Both the position numbers and the translations under genes were made by a program. DNA of 64,000 nt. It comes from a virus. The stretch lies in IMG/VR virus record IMGVR_UViG_3300042544_001941. One strand, written 5' to 3'. The notes beneath the pieces are model-generated. The model was not told the origin of the DNA and searched no databases. It saw only the letters and a program-made list of their open reading frames with translations. This document shows, piece by piece, positions 28,993 to 38,423 of the stretch (positions are counted from its first letter, which is position 1; every line of letters begins with the position of its first letter).

Positions 28993-30096
28993 ATGTACGA
29001 TTACTTAATAGTTGGTGCAGGAATATATGGTGCGGTATTTGCAAGAGAATTAACAAATGCGGGTAAGAAGGTATTAGTGATAGACAAACGATATCATATT
29101 GGTGGTAATTGTTATACCGAAAAAATTGATGGTATTAATGTTCACAAATATGGTCCTCATATATTCCACACATCGGATAAACGAGTGTGGGACTACGTAA
29201 ATAATTTAGTTCCATTTAATCATTTTAGTTATAGACCTAAAATAAAATATAAAGACAACATATATTCATTACCAATTAATTTAATGTCTCTATATCAAGT
29301 ATATGGTGTTAAAACACCTGAGGAAGCAAGAAAAAAACTTGAGGAGGTTAAGATACCATTTGATAAAAATCCGTTAGGTAGAGTAATCAATTTAGAAGAA
29401 TGGATATTATCAGAAGTGGGTCCTGAACTTTATGAAATCTTTATAAAGGGATACACCACTAAACAATGGGGTAGAGAACCTAAGTTATTACCATCGTTTA
29501 TCATTAAACGTTTACCAATTAGATTGACATTTGATGATAACTATTACTTTGATAATTATCAAGGAATCCCTATTGGGGGTTATACTAAAATTTTTGAAAA
29601 ATTGTTAGATGGAATTGATGTTGAATTGAATGTAGATTATTTGAAGGATAAGGAGAGTTGGGATTCTAAAGCCACTAAAGTTATTTACACAGGTGCTGTA
29701 GATGAATTTTACAACTATCAGTTCGGTAAATTAGAATATCGTAGTTTAAAGTTTGAAACAGAAATATTAGACATACCAGATTATCAAGGGATTGCGGGTA
29801 TGAATTATGGTGATGTTGACGTCCCATATACAAGAATAATAGAACATAAACATTTTGAATTTGGTGAACAACCAACAACTGTCATAACAAAGGAATATCC
29901 AAAAACAGAGGGAGAACCTTATTATCCAATGAACGATAACATCAATAATGTTAGATACGGTCAGTATAAGGAATTAATGTCAAAAGAAACCAAATACCTA
30001 TTTGGTGGTAGATTAGCCGATTACAAATACTACGATATGCATCAAGTGTTTGCTTCGGCTTTAAAGAGGTCTAAAGTAGAAATTGAGAATATTTAA
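28993..30096 (+). CDS. glf: UDP-galactopyranose mutase
   Basis: IVGAG, HIGGN, HKYGPHIFHT, YTTKQWG, RIIEHKHF, EPYYP and GRLADYKYYDM motifs. Confidence 0.95.
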   Translation: MYDYLIVGAGIYGAVFARELTNAGKKVLVIDKRYHIGGNCYTEKIDGINVHKYGPHIFHTSDKRVWDYVNNLVPFNHFSYRPKIKYKDNIYSLPINLMSLYQVYGVKTPEEARKKLEEVKIPFDKNPLGRVINLEEWILSEVGPELYEIFIKGYTTKQWGREPKLLPSFIIKRLPIRLTFDDNYYFDNYQGIPIGGYTKIFEKLLDGIDVELNVDYLKDKESWDSKATKVIYTGAVDEFYNYQFGKLEYRSLKFETEILDIPDYQGIAGMNYGDVDVPYTRIIEHKHFEFGEQPTTVITKEYPKTEGEPYYPMNDNINNVRYGQYKELMSKETKYLFGGRLADYKYYDMHQVFASALKRSKVEIENI

Positions 30097-30150
30097 TATA
30101 AAGGATTTTCTTAATCCATAATCTTATAAACCCCTTATAGATGGACCCTG

Positions 30151-30390
30151 ATGATGAACAAAATCAAAAAATTAAAAGACAAAAACAAAAGACTTCTGTT
30201 TTACAAAGATACGTCTCTAATGTTAGCGATGTTCTTTCTGCCGCTAGGTTACGATGCACTATTCAAGCTAATGATGGAACTGACAGGTTCGTATTGGGGT
30301 GCAGACGTTATCTTCTACTCAATTTCAGGGTGTTTTTGGTTATCGTATATATTACTTACCAAATACTTAAATAAAAAAGAAACCTCCTAA
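30151..30390 (+). CDS. Small two-TM membrane protein
   Basis: Two hydrophobic segments. Confidence 0.6.
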   Translation: MMNKIKKLKDKNKRLLFYKDTSLMLAMFFLPLGYDALFKLMMELTGSYWGADVIFYSISGCFWLSYILLTKYLNKKETS

Positions 30391-30391
30391 A

Positions 30392-30538
30392 TTAGGAGGT
30401 TTTTTTATTTTCTTTCTTTTCAGGAGCTTTCAATCCTTTTTTAAGTTCTTCCTTTTTTTCTTTAGCTTCTTTTTCTAATTTTTTGTGTTGGTCTGAAATT
30501 TTTTTTCTTTCATCCTCTTTCATATTGAATATACTCAT
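30392..30538 (-). CDS. Small Lys/Glu-rich protein (48 aa, not in the ORF track)
   Basis: MSIFNMKEDERKKISDQHKK...; N-terminus resembles the 1092 leader FNLTDEERGQIMEQH. Confidence 0.55.
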   Translation of the reverse strand: MSIFNMKEDERKKISDQHKKLEKEAKEKKEELKKGLKAPEKKENKKTS

Positions 30539-30539
30539 A

Positions 30540-30827
30540 TTATTTGGTTTTAATTAATTTTATTGATTCTTCTATTTTCATTTTTAATAAGTTACATTTT
30601 TCATATTCCTCTCTCTCCACAAATATATTGATTAGTGATTGTAAAATTTCGACATACAATTCCAAATCATTATTATAAGATAAGATGGTTGTGTTATTAA
30701 GATACTCATTTAATACTACATTGTCAAGTTGAGTTGTAAAATCATAAATCATACGTAACTCGTCTTCATCATAATTACCGACGTGAAGAATTCTTGTGGC
30801 TTGTAATAAAAATGTAATTGTCGACAT
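30540..30827 (-). CDS. Small protein with C-terminal UVR-like motif
   Basis: FVEREEYEKCNLLKMKI; start moved to 30827 after TATTTAT at 30833-30839. Confidence 0.6.
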   Translation of the reverse strand: MSTITFLLQATRILHVGNYDEDELRMIYDFTTQLDNVVLNEYLNNTTILSYNNDLELYVEILQSLINIFVEREEYEKCNLLKMKIEESIKLIKTK

Positions 30828-30840
30828 ATTAGATAAATAG

Positions 30841-31164
30841 TCATTTACAATCTCTAATACATTTGTACAATATTTTGAAACATTCACAAAATCCCTCACT
30901 CTCCGCTTCTTCTCTCGTTTTTTTGGATAAATCTCCGGGACCAAAACAAACACCATTATGTAAACTTATTGTGTAATTCCACACATCGGTATTAAATCTT
31001 TCAACCATTAAGAAAATACCCTCTTTATCAAAAAAATAATATAGTTTCTTATTGTCATAGTAAGACAATGTAGATAAACTTACAATTCCTGTATTTGGGA
31101 ACATAATCGAACTAAATCTTTCGAACGATTCGGGATACAAATATTTGATACTATACCAATCCAT
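30841..31164 (-). CDS. Hypothetical protein
   Basis: 107 aa; LYYFFDKEGI...TREEAE. Confidence 0.6.
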   Translation of the reverse strand: MDWYSIKYLYPESFERFSSIMFPNTGIVSLSTLSYYDNKKLYYFFDKEGIFLMVERFNTDVWNYTISLHNGVCFGPGDLSKKTREEAESEGFCECFKILYKCIRDCK

Positions 31165-31211
31165 ATTATTAAGTATTGTAAATTTGAAGTAAATTGTATA
31201 TTTATATTTGT

Positions 31212-31952
31212 ATGAAACTTCAATTAACAGAAAACCAAGTTAAAAATCTAATGTGGAGATTAGAGGAACAGGAAACTCCAAAAACAGGTAATACCCAAAC
31301 ACCAACAACGGGTACCACTCAAACATCGACAACCGGTAGTACTGAAACGTCAAAAAGTTCTGGAGGAGGTTTACAGGGTACTGTTGATAGTTACACTAAA
31401 ATGATGACCGATTTGGCGACGTCTTTATTTTCAAAAACATCGGGTTATACCCAAAATAGTGTATCAGGTGGTACCGAAACTAATAGAGGTGGTGCTGGTG
31501 AATTTGCAGTGGATATTCCTCCAGGTTTAGAACTTATGCATCCATTAGGTCCTAAGTATAAAATTTCAAGCGGTTTTGGTATGAGAAATATTGGTGGTAG
31601 TGCAACAAAAAATCACAAAGGTGTTGATATTACCGCTCCTGTTGGGACTGCAATATATGCACCTCAAGATGGTGTGGTAATGTTTGCAGGTGACACCACT
31701 CCAAATGGTTGCGGTGGATTTGTTAAATTAAATCATACGGGTGTGGGATTGATGACAAAGTTCTGTCATTTAACTGAATGGGTTGTTAAAAAAGGAGATG
31801 AGGTTAAGAAAGGTCAATTGATTGGTTACACAGGTGGTCAAAAAGGTGCAAAGTATGCGGGTAATTCTACAGGACCACATTTACATTATGAAGTATTGAA
31901 TACTGGTGGATTGGCAATGAACCCAACAAAAGTCCATTCAAATATGGCATAA
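31212..31952 (+). CDS. Leader-bearing M23 peptidase with Thr/Gly-rich linker
   Basis: MKLQLTENQVK leader; HKGVD, STGPHLHYE and VKKGDEVKKGQLIG motifs. Confidence 0.9.
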   Translation: MKLQLTENQVKNLMWRLEEQETPKTGNTQTPTTGTTQTSTTGSTETSKSSGGGLQGTVDSYTKMMTDLATSLFSKTSGYTQNSVSGGTETNRGGAGEFAVDIPPGLELMHPLGPKYKISSGFGMRNIGGSATKNHKGVDITAPVGTAIYAPQDGVVMFAGDTTPNGCGGFVKLNHTGVGLMTKFCHLTEWVVKKGDEVKKGQLIGYTGGQKGAKYAGNSTGPHLHYEVLNTGGLAMNPTKVHSNMA

Positions 31953-31989
31953 CTTTTTAAAAAGTTCGTTATACTTATCATTGTTTACA

Positions 31990-32229
31990 ATGATTATACA
32001 CGAATATTATTACAACGAGGACACCAGAAGGCTATACGTTGAATTTTCTACAAAAGAAGACCTTGACAAGTTTTATAGAATTTTAGAACTTGATTTTGGT
32101 GATATTGAATTGTATTCTCCTGAGATTATTGATGAGTATGATTTAAACGAAATAGAAGAAGATTTCATAATTGATTTGGTTAATCAGTATCTAACTGAAA
32201 ATGATTTACCCGATGAAATTATTTTGTAA
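31990..32229 (+). CDS. Small acidic hypothetical protein
   Basis: Very Asp/Glu-rich ORF. Confidence 0.6.
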   Translation: MIIHEYYYNEDTRRLYVEFSTKEDLDKFYRILELDFGDIELYSPEIIDEYDLNEIEEDFIIDLVNQYLTENDLPDEIIL

Positions 32230-32241
32230 TATTTATATAGT

Positions 32242-32610
32242 ATGGGATTCCTAAGTGATGAAAATAAAGAAAGATTAAATGCGTTCGTTAAGTTCGTTAA
32301 AAAAGAACTTGAACTTGAAACCGTTCCTACAATTGTAATTAAAGGGAATAGAGATGGTCTTAAAACAACTGCCAACTATGATTACACCAAAGAAAACAAG
32401 ATAATTAAGGTTTTCGGTAAAGGTCGTATGTTAGTTGATGTTATGAGAAGTGTTGCACACGAAATGGTTCATCACAAACAATATGAACAAGGTCGCCTCG
32501 AAGTTAGACCACCCGATATCGGTGGTGAAATTGAGGATGAGGCAAATGCAAAAGCAGGTCAATACATTAAAATGTATTCAAAAATCGACCCAACAATTTA
32601 CGATAGTTAA
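32242..32610 (+). CDS. HExxH zinc metallopeptidase-like protein
   Basis: RSVAHEMVHHKQ...EDEANAKAG. Confidence 0.75.
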   Translation: MGFLSDENKERLNAFVKFVKKELELETVPTIVIKGNRDGLKTTANYDYTKENKIIKVFGKGRMLVDVMRSVAHEMVHHKQYEQGRLEVRPPDIGGEIEDEANAKAGQYIKMYSKIDPTIYDS

Positions 32611-33227
32611 TTTCTATTAAATAATAATTCTATCGAATAATTGAATCTACCTATCACTCTTTGACCTTCTTTAACATAAAACCATTTTTTTGGTGTGGTT
32701 AAATATAATTCAGTGGCGTAAGATACACCTCTTGAATTAGTAGAAGCAGAAAACCCATAATCTGTCATACCAGACTTACTATCTCTAATCTCTAATAAAT
32801 TAGGATAAATGAAAGTACTGCTACTTCCTCCCTCATATACTTCACAAACCCCATTAATTCGACTTCTAAGGTTATCAAATATTTTTAAACCGTAGATGTT
32901 AGGGTTACCAAAATTCCATTGGTCCCCTATTACGTATTTTCTTTGAGCAATTAATGAAGTGGTATCACATCTTATAACATATCTATTACCAATTCTATTG
33001 ATTACATACCAATCACCCAAACCAATGTAGTTTGTTGTGTTTGAACTTCCCGCATCAACAAACATACCAATATCGTCTTTTTCATTGGTAGTTTGAATTT
33101 GAATTCTATAAGATTTCAAATAAAATGGAGTGGGTCCCGATAACTGTTGTAAGATACTTGATGGTTGCTCATATTTCTCACACCCTATAAGAAATACCAC
33201 TAATAATAGACCTAATATTCTTCTCAT
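32607..33227 (-). CDS. Lipoprotein
   Basis: MRRILGLLLVVFLIGC lipobox; TATTTTTG promoter at 33244-33251. Confidence 0.7.
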   Translation of the reverse strand: MRRILGLLLVVFLIGCEKYEQPSSILQQLSGPTPFYLKSYRIQIQTTNEKDDIGMFVDAGSSNTTNYIGLGDWYVINRIGNRYVIRCDTTSLIAQRKYVIGDQWNFGNPNIYGLKIFDNLRSRINGVCEVYEGGSSSTFIYPNLLEIRDSKSGMTDYGFSASTNSRGVSYATELYLTTPKKWFYVKEGQRVIGRFNYSIELLFNRN

Positions 33228-33308
33228 AACTTCAAAATTTGAACAAAAATATGTATTTTTTTGAATATACAAAAATATTTCAAATATTTTTTTTACTATT
33301 TATCATAT

Positions 33309-33563
33309 ATGAAGATATTAATAAGTGAAAAACAACTAAAAGGATTGTTTAAAAGTACTGATAATCAAGAGATTGATGAGCAGGAGGACGCGGCCGCCGC
33401 ACAACCTGAAACAGGAACATCCTCCACCCAATCAGGTGGTCAAGGATACCCCGAGGTAGGTGTTTGGGAAAGTGGGGTTACTCGAGGACCTGCAAACAAG
33501 ATTGATAACAGTAAAATGGAGGACAGAATTAAAGAAAGAGGAAAAGCGAATAAATTGAAATAA
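33309..33563 (+). CDS. Small leader-bearing protein
   Basis: MKILISEKQLKGL...IDEQ; WESGVTRGPAN; TATTTAT at 33297. Confidence 0.7.
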   Translation: MKILISEKQLKGLFKSTDNQEIDEQEDAAAAQPETGTSSTQSGGQGYPEVGVWESGVTRGPANKIDNSKMEDRIKERGKANKLK

Positions 33564-33603
33564 ATAACTTTTATAGGATATTTATATAGTAATCAAAAGA
33601 TAA

Positions 33604-34881
33604 ATGGAAAATTTTAACATAACTGGTGACGGTAGATATGTACAAATGTTGGGTAGACTCGTTGATTTACACACCGACATTTCAACTGATATAGATTCTC
33701 CAAATCCTATATTTGTTTGTGAAATGTATAAAAACCAATTTGCATTTGCTTACAAAGAAAACCTTTTTGAATCGACCGATTTATTTAAAAAAATGAAACA
33801 ACTAATTTATCCAATGATGGGTAATAATAGTGGTTACATTATGGAATATGAGGTTAGATATGGTAACAACTTAATCTTCGAATCTGAAGATAAATACAGA
33901 ACTGAACAAATAATTCTTGAGTCTTGGGATTTTGTAAAGAACAAATTGTACGAACAATGTCCAATGATTATTCAGGAGTATTCTTGGGATGAGTTTAAAT
34001 CCGATGTTGGGAATACTTGGAATAAAACGAAAGAAGTTGCAGGAAAGGCTTGGGATAAAACAAAAGAAGTTGCAGGAAAAGCTTGGGAAGGTATTAAAGA
34101 CGCAGGTGCTTGGATTTTAAAAAAGGGATTACCTTGGTTCTTCCAAAAATTAGAAGATTTTCTAATATCTCCAGTAGGAATTGGTTTAGATATTGCATTA
34201 ACTGCAATTGGTGTTGGTAAAGTTGCTACCGGAGTTTTATGGGGAGCAATTTTAGTTTGGAAAATATATCAATTAGTATCAGGACAACTTGACGCTACAA
34301 GTATTTGGACATATCTCGATATTGCGGTTTGTGTACTCGGAGTTGGTTTTTCAGGAGCAGCTAAAGCCGCGAGAGTGACACTAAAAGCCGCGGGAAAAAA
34401 TGTTGCAAAATTAGGAGCAAAATTCTTTGGTCCAATTCTAAACGTTATTGGTAAGGGTGCTCGTTGGTTGATTGGTGTGATGTTAAAACCATTAGAATGG
34501 CTAGCAAAGGCATTAGGACCAAATGCAACAAAATTAATACAAACATTTAAAGGTAAAATTGATAATATTTTTACTAAAATGTCAGAAGCAATTACAAAAG
34601 CCGCAGGTAGTAACGCACCTTCAGTTGGTTCAGTAGTTAAACAACAAATAAAAAGAGATATAGTGGTACCCGGTTTGAAGGCGGTAAAAGGAAGAGGTCC
34701 GGTATCAATAGCCACCGCAGCTAAAAAAGGAGCAACTGCAGGATTGGCATTTGCTGGCGGAACTGCACTTTTAAATAAAGGTGTCGAGGCTTATCGCGAA
34801 AGAAACGGTTCACCCACAGCAGCAAAGTTAGATGATATTAAATTAGATGGTGCAACATATGATTTTGAAACATCATTATAA
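33604..34881 (+). CDS. Membrane-segment protein with 11-aa Trp repeats (candidate internal virion protein)
   Basis: WNKTKEVAGKAWDKTKEVAGKAW; several Gly-rich hydrophobic helices. Confidence 0.65.
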   Translation: MENFNITGDGRYVQMLGRLVDLHTDISTDIDSPNPIFVCEMYKNQFAFAYKENLFESTDLFKKMKQLIYPMMGNNSGYIMEYEVRYGNNLIFESEDKYRTEQIILESWDFVKNKLYEQCPMIIQEYSWDEFKSDVGNTWNKTKEVAGKAWDKTKEVAGKAWEGIKDAGAWILKKGLPWFFQKLEDFLISPVGIGLDIALTAIGVGKVATGVLWGAILVWKIYQLVSGQLDATSIWTYLDIAVCVLGVGFSGAAKAARVTLKAAGKNVAKLGAKFFGPILNVIGKGARWLIGVMLKPLEWLAKALGPNATKLIQTFKGKIDNIFTKMSEAITKAAGSNAPSVGSVVKQQIKRDIVVPGLKAVKGRGPVSIATAAKKGATAGLAFAGGTALLNKGVEAYRERNGSPTAAKLDDIKLDGATYDFETSL

Positions 34882-34893
34882 AAACAAAAAAAT

Positions 34894-36708
34894 ATGAAAA
34901 AGATAGAACTTAATGAACAAGTAGATAGGGTTAAAGTCCTTATGGGTATTAAAGATACTAATGTTATTGTTGAGAACAATGATTTAGTTGATGATGGTAT
35001 GATTTATGAAAATCAAGAATCGTTAGATGAGCAACTTAAAGCTTTATTGAGAAATTTTAGTGATGACGCGATAAAACTTTTAGGTGGTGAAATTAAGGGA
35101 CTCCCAATGTTTAAAGGTTCTGCAGATGATGCGGTTGCGTTTTTAAAGAGAGCAAGAGAAGGAAAGGCATTGTCAGGAGAACTTGGTAACTTTAGTAAAG
35201 GTATTTTAAAAGACACCAAATTTGTTAAAAGTAATCCAGGTTTATTTGATGATGCAATTAAAAATTACACAAAAGAGTTAATGGGTTCAAAAAGTAGTTT
35301 AGCTACTCAATTTCAGGGAGCATCAAGAGCAGACCGTATGATGTTATTGAAAAATGCGGGTTATCCTGAAGCGACTATTAATAGAATTGTTAAACAGGCT
35401 GATGATATTGCTGTTGGTGCAGTGAAAAAGGCGGATGATGTTGTAACAACCGCAGCTAAAGGTAATAAAATACCAACAGGAGGAGTTCCTAAAACTCTTC
35501 CACCTAAAACTGCGGGTAGTGTTCCAGCAGCCACTAGTACTCCACTTAAAGAGGTTACTAAATTAAAAGAAGTAGTAAAAGGTGAAGCGGCGGCAATGAC
35601 TGCAGTTGAGAAGGCGGGTTACAATATCGGAAAATATGGTGCAAACGTGTGGAGCAAAATAAAAGGTCTAAAGGGTAAAATGTCAGTTAAACAAGCATTA
35701 TTATATGGACTTGCGGGTTATGGTGCTTATGAATTAGTTAAAGGTATGTTCGGTAAAGATGGAAAAAATGCTGATGGTGTTTTACCTTCTTGTGTTGCTA
35801 ATTTACCTGATGTAGAATTTGTAATCGGACAAGGAGATGTCGTGGTTGCAAGAATACCTGACGGTGTTGACGAAAAATCAAAAAATCGAGGAGGTTTGGA
35901 ATTCTGGCCAAATGGTAGAGCTATTAGTGTTGATAGAGAAGTAAGAGGTAACTATTACTGTAAAGGAACTAGTGGTGGTTCGGAAGAAATAAGTGCCACA
36001 ATTGCTGAACAGGCAACAGATGAAACATATTCTAATATTCATATTGATTGGGATGGTGAAAAGGCGTCAGGTGGTGGCGGAGGAAAAATAGACGATGCTG
36101 GTCCTGCTAGAACAAGGTCCACATATAAACCTTGTGCCAATTTTGATTTAACACCAGGTTGTAAGAGTGATTATGTGAGAGAAGTACAATTATGTTTAGG
36201 TTTACCTCAAAAATATCAAACAGGTAATTTTGGACCTATAACAACTAAAGCATTGAGCGATGCAGGATATGATGGTTCAAAATTAACAAAAGATGTTTAT
36301 TTGAAAATAACAAGTAACTGTAATGGTTCTACAACCGGAACTACAACAGAACCAACAAAAAGATTAGATGCTGAACCAATAAAATTACCAACAAGAGATA
36401 TTAAATTACCATCTGCTATTGATATGAAGTTACCTCAAATAGCTCCTATAATTCAGTCTAATCAACAACCGGTAGATTTATATACCGCACTTAAAGATGC
36501 TGGATATCTTAAAGGAGATGCAAATGAAACAAGATTAGAAGATGGTACAGTATTACCGGCAACAAATAGAGTAAAATATAAAGGTCCTGATTTAGATGCT
36601 GAAACTGTTAGTAAATTAGACACTACTTTGTCAGGATTGGGTTATGATAGAATCAAACAAAAATTAGATAAAAGTTACGGTGACAAATACGTTTGGTTAA
36701 AAAGATAA
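34894..36708 (+). CDS. Large leader-bearing protein: one TM segment, PG-binding-like motif, C-terminal domain shared with 3590..4402
   Basis: MKKIELNEQVDRVKVLM; LLYGLAGYGAY; VREVQ...GNFGPITTKAL; DKSYGDKYVW. Confidence 0.7.
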   Translation: MKKIELNEQVDRVKVLMGIKDTNVIVENNDLVDDGMIYENQESLDEQLKALLRNFSDDAIKLLGGEIKGLPMFKGSADDAVAFLKRAREGKALSGELGNFSKGILKDTKFVKSNPGLFDDAIKNYTKELMGSKSSLATQFQGASRADRMMLLKNAGYPEATINRIVKQADDIAVGAVKKADDVVTTAAKGNKIPTGGVPKTLPPKTAGSVPAATSTPLKEVTKLKEVVKGEAAAMTAVEKAGYNIGKYGANVWSKIKGLKGKMSVKQALLYGLAGYGAYELVKGMFGKDGKNADGVLPSCVANLPDVEFVIGQGDVVVARIPDGVDEKSKNRGGLEFWPNGRAISVDREVRGNYYCKGTSGGSEEISATIAEQATDETYSNIHIDWDGEKASGGGGGKIDDAGPARTRSTYKPCANFDLTPGCKSDYVREVQLCLGLPQKYQTGNFGPITTKALSDAGYDGSKLTKDVYLKITSNCNGSTTGTTTEPTKRLDAEPIKLPTRDIKLPSAIDMKLPQIAPIIQSNQQPVDLYTALKDAGYLKGDANETRLEDGTVLPATNRVKYKGPDLDAETVSKLDTTLSGLGYDRIKQKLDKSYGDKYVWLKR

Positions 36709-36717
36709 TTAAAATTT

Positions 36718-37338
36718 ATGGACACTTTAAATAAAAAATTAAAAGAGGAGTTACTTAAAATAAGAAAAAATCGTATTCAAGAATCATTAAATGAATTAAG
36801 TGATATTGAAGATGTTAATTTCTTATTTACACAATATCTAAGTAAAACCGGTAAATTACTTGAAGAAGGTTATACTATTGAAGAAATTGAATTGGTTTCT
36901 GAACAATTTTTAGATAAACTACAACAAGGAGTTGGTGCAGTTGCTGGCGATGTATGGAAAAATACTAACGTTTTCGACGCATTAATTGGTGGTGGTTTAG
37001 GTACAATAAAAGAACAAGTTATTAGATGGATATTAGTTCAACTTGGTGTTGGTCAAGGTGCTGCAAACGCAATGGCCGCGGCTCTTGAACAAATGGACCC
37101 AAGAGACTTGTTAAAAGTATTTAAAACTCCTGAATTGTGTAGAGAAAAAATGCCAGGAATTTCAGACGCAATTATGGCAGGTATTAGAGGTTATATGCAA
37201 TTCGGTGAAAAATCAGTAGGTTTAAATGTCGCTGACCAAGCAAAATCGGGTTTAGGTAATATCATTGATGAATTGATAAAACAATCAAATATTGGTGAAT
37301 TGGCTGGTAATAAACTTTGCGGAGTAATTTGGAAATAA
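36718..37338 (+). CDS. Leader-bearing helical protein
   Basis: LKEE, IQES, LNE and VSEQ sites in the N-terminal third. Confidence 0.7.
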   Translation: MDTLNKKLKEELLKIRKNRIQESLNELSDIEDVNFLFTQYLSKTGKLLEEGYTIEEIELVSEQFLDKLQQGVGAVAGDVWKNTNVFDALIGGGLGTIKEQVIRWILVQLGVGQGAANAMAAALEQMDPRDLLKVFKTPELCREKMPGISDAIMAGIRGYMQFGEKSVGLNVADQAKSGLGNIIDELIKQSNIGELAGNKLCGVIWK

Positions 37339-38282
37339 TGGAAAACTTTAAAGAAAAAAAATACACAAAATCGGAATCTTACGAACCAACAAATCAAGAA
37401 GTATCCGAAGGATGGGGTGAAAATTTACTACAACTTGTTGGATTTGTACCAGTAATTGGTGAAATTGCAGATATTGCATTAATTATACATTATTATAGAC
37501 AAGATAGAAAAATTGAAGCTGGTTTAATGTTATTTGCGTTAATCCCAACCTTTGGTGATTTCCTCGTTAAACCATTCTTAAGATTAGGTAAAGCTGCAGG
37601 TGCATTTAAAACATCTGCGACATTTTTAAAATATTTATCAGACAATCCTGCAGCAAAGGCGGCATATTCTAAAATTGGTAAACAACTTGATAACCCTCAA
37701 ATTGCAAAATTAGTTGGTCAAGTAAATAAAGTTTCACCAGGTAACGCCACAATATTGAAAAACGCACAAAATTTACAAAAAGGTTTAATGGGTAAGGTTC
37801 AAGGTATGGCAACTACCGCAACTAAAACATTAGAAAGAGGTGTTGGTAAAACTGTTAAACAAAATTTTCAAAATCAAGCGTTACAAAGATTCTTAGTAAA
37901 CACAGGTGGTAAAGCACCTAGTAATTTTATTTCAAGATGGTGGAATGTTGTTTATGGTGGAAGAATGATGAGAAAAAACGTTGTTAGAAAATTAATACTT
38001 GGTAGTAATTTATTAGGTACATTTGGTTTCCCAAACATACAAACATTTGAAAATTTTATGCGTAATCCAGGTGATAATCCTGAATTAGCGGAAAAATTAT
38101 TAAAAGACCCTGAATTTGCAAAAATTTATAACAATTCACTTTCGGACGAAGAAAAATCATCATTAGAAAAATCTGGAGATAGTAGTGCAGAAAAAAGTCC
38201 TGGTGTTGTTGACAGTGCAATGGACGGTTTTAAAGGAATGGTTGGTTTAAGTTTATTAAAATCTTTCGCTCGTTTTGTTTAA
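37338..38282 (+). CDS. Protein with pre-toxin TG-like hydrophobic hairpin
   Basis: VGFVPVIGEIADIAL...AGLMLFALIPTFGD. Confidence 0.55.
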   Translation: MENFKEKKYTKSESYEPTNQEVSEGWGENLLQLVGFVPVIGEIADIALIIHYYRQDRKIEAGLMLFALIPTFGDFLVKPFLRLGKAAGAFKTSATFLKYLSDNPAAKAAYSKIGKQLDNPQIAKLVGQVNKVSPGNATILKNAQNLQKGLMGKVQGMATTATKTLERGVGKTVKQNFQNQALQRFLVNTGGKAPSNFISRWWNVVYGGRMMRKNVVRKLILGSNLLGTFGFPNIQTFENFMRNPGDNPELAEKLLKDPEFAKIYNNSLSDEEKSSLEKSGDSSAEKSPGVVDSAMDGFKGMVGLSLLKSFARFV

Positions 38283-38299
38283 TTTGTGATATTTATTAA

Positions 38300-38400
38300 T
38301 AGAGTTTAATTGGTTTGGTCGCCGTTAAACGATAACGATTATAAAACGAAAAGGAGGTATTCAAATCTCGGCAAAGGGTCTTCGGACCTTTTGTTCGTTT
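38300..38400 (+). ncRNA. Candidate small RNA after TATTTAT at 38290
   Basis: 5' hairpin GTTTAA/TTAAAC; AAGGAGGT with no downstream ATG; CAAAGGGTC-TTCG-GACCTTTTG hairpin. Confidence 0.5.
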
Positions 38401-38423
38401 ATACCTATTTACATTAAAACAAT

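Noticed and set aside
33604-34881. Tape measure protein
   Set aside because: Only about two Trp repeats in 425 aa, and no tail genes nearby.
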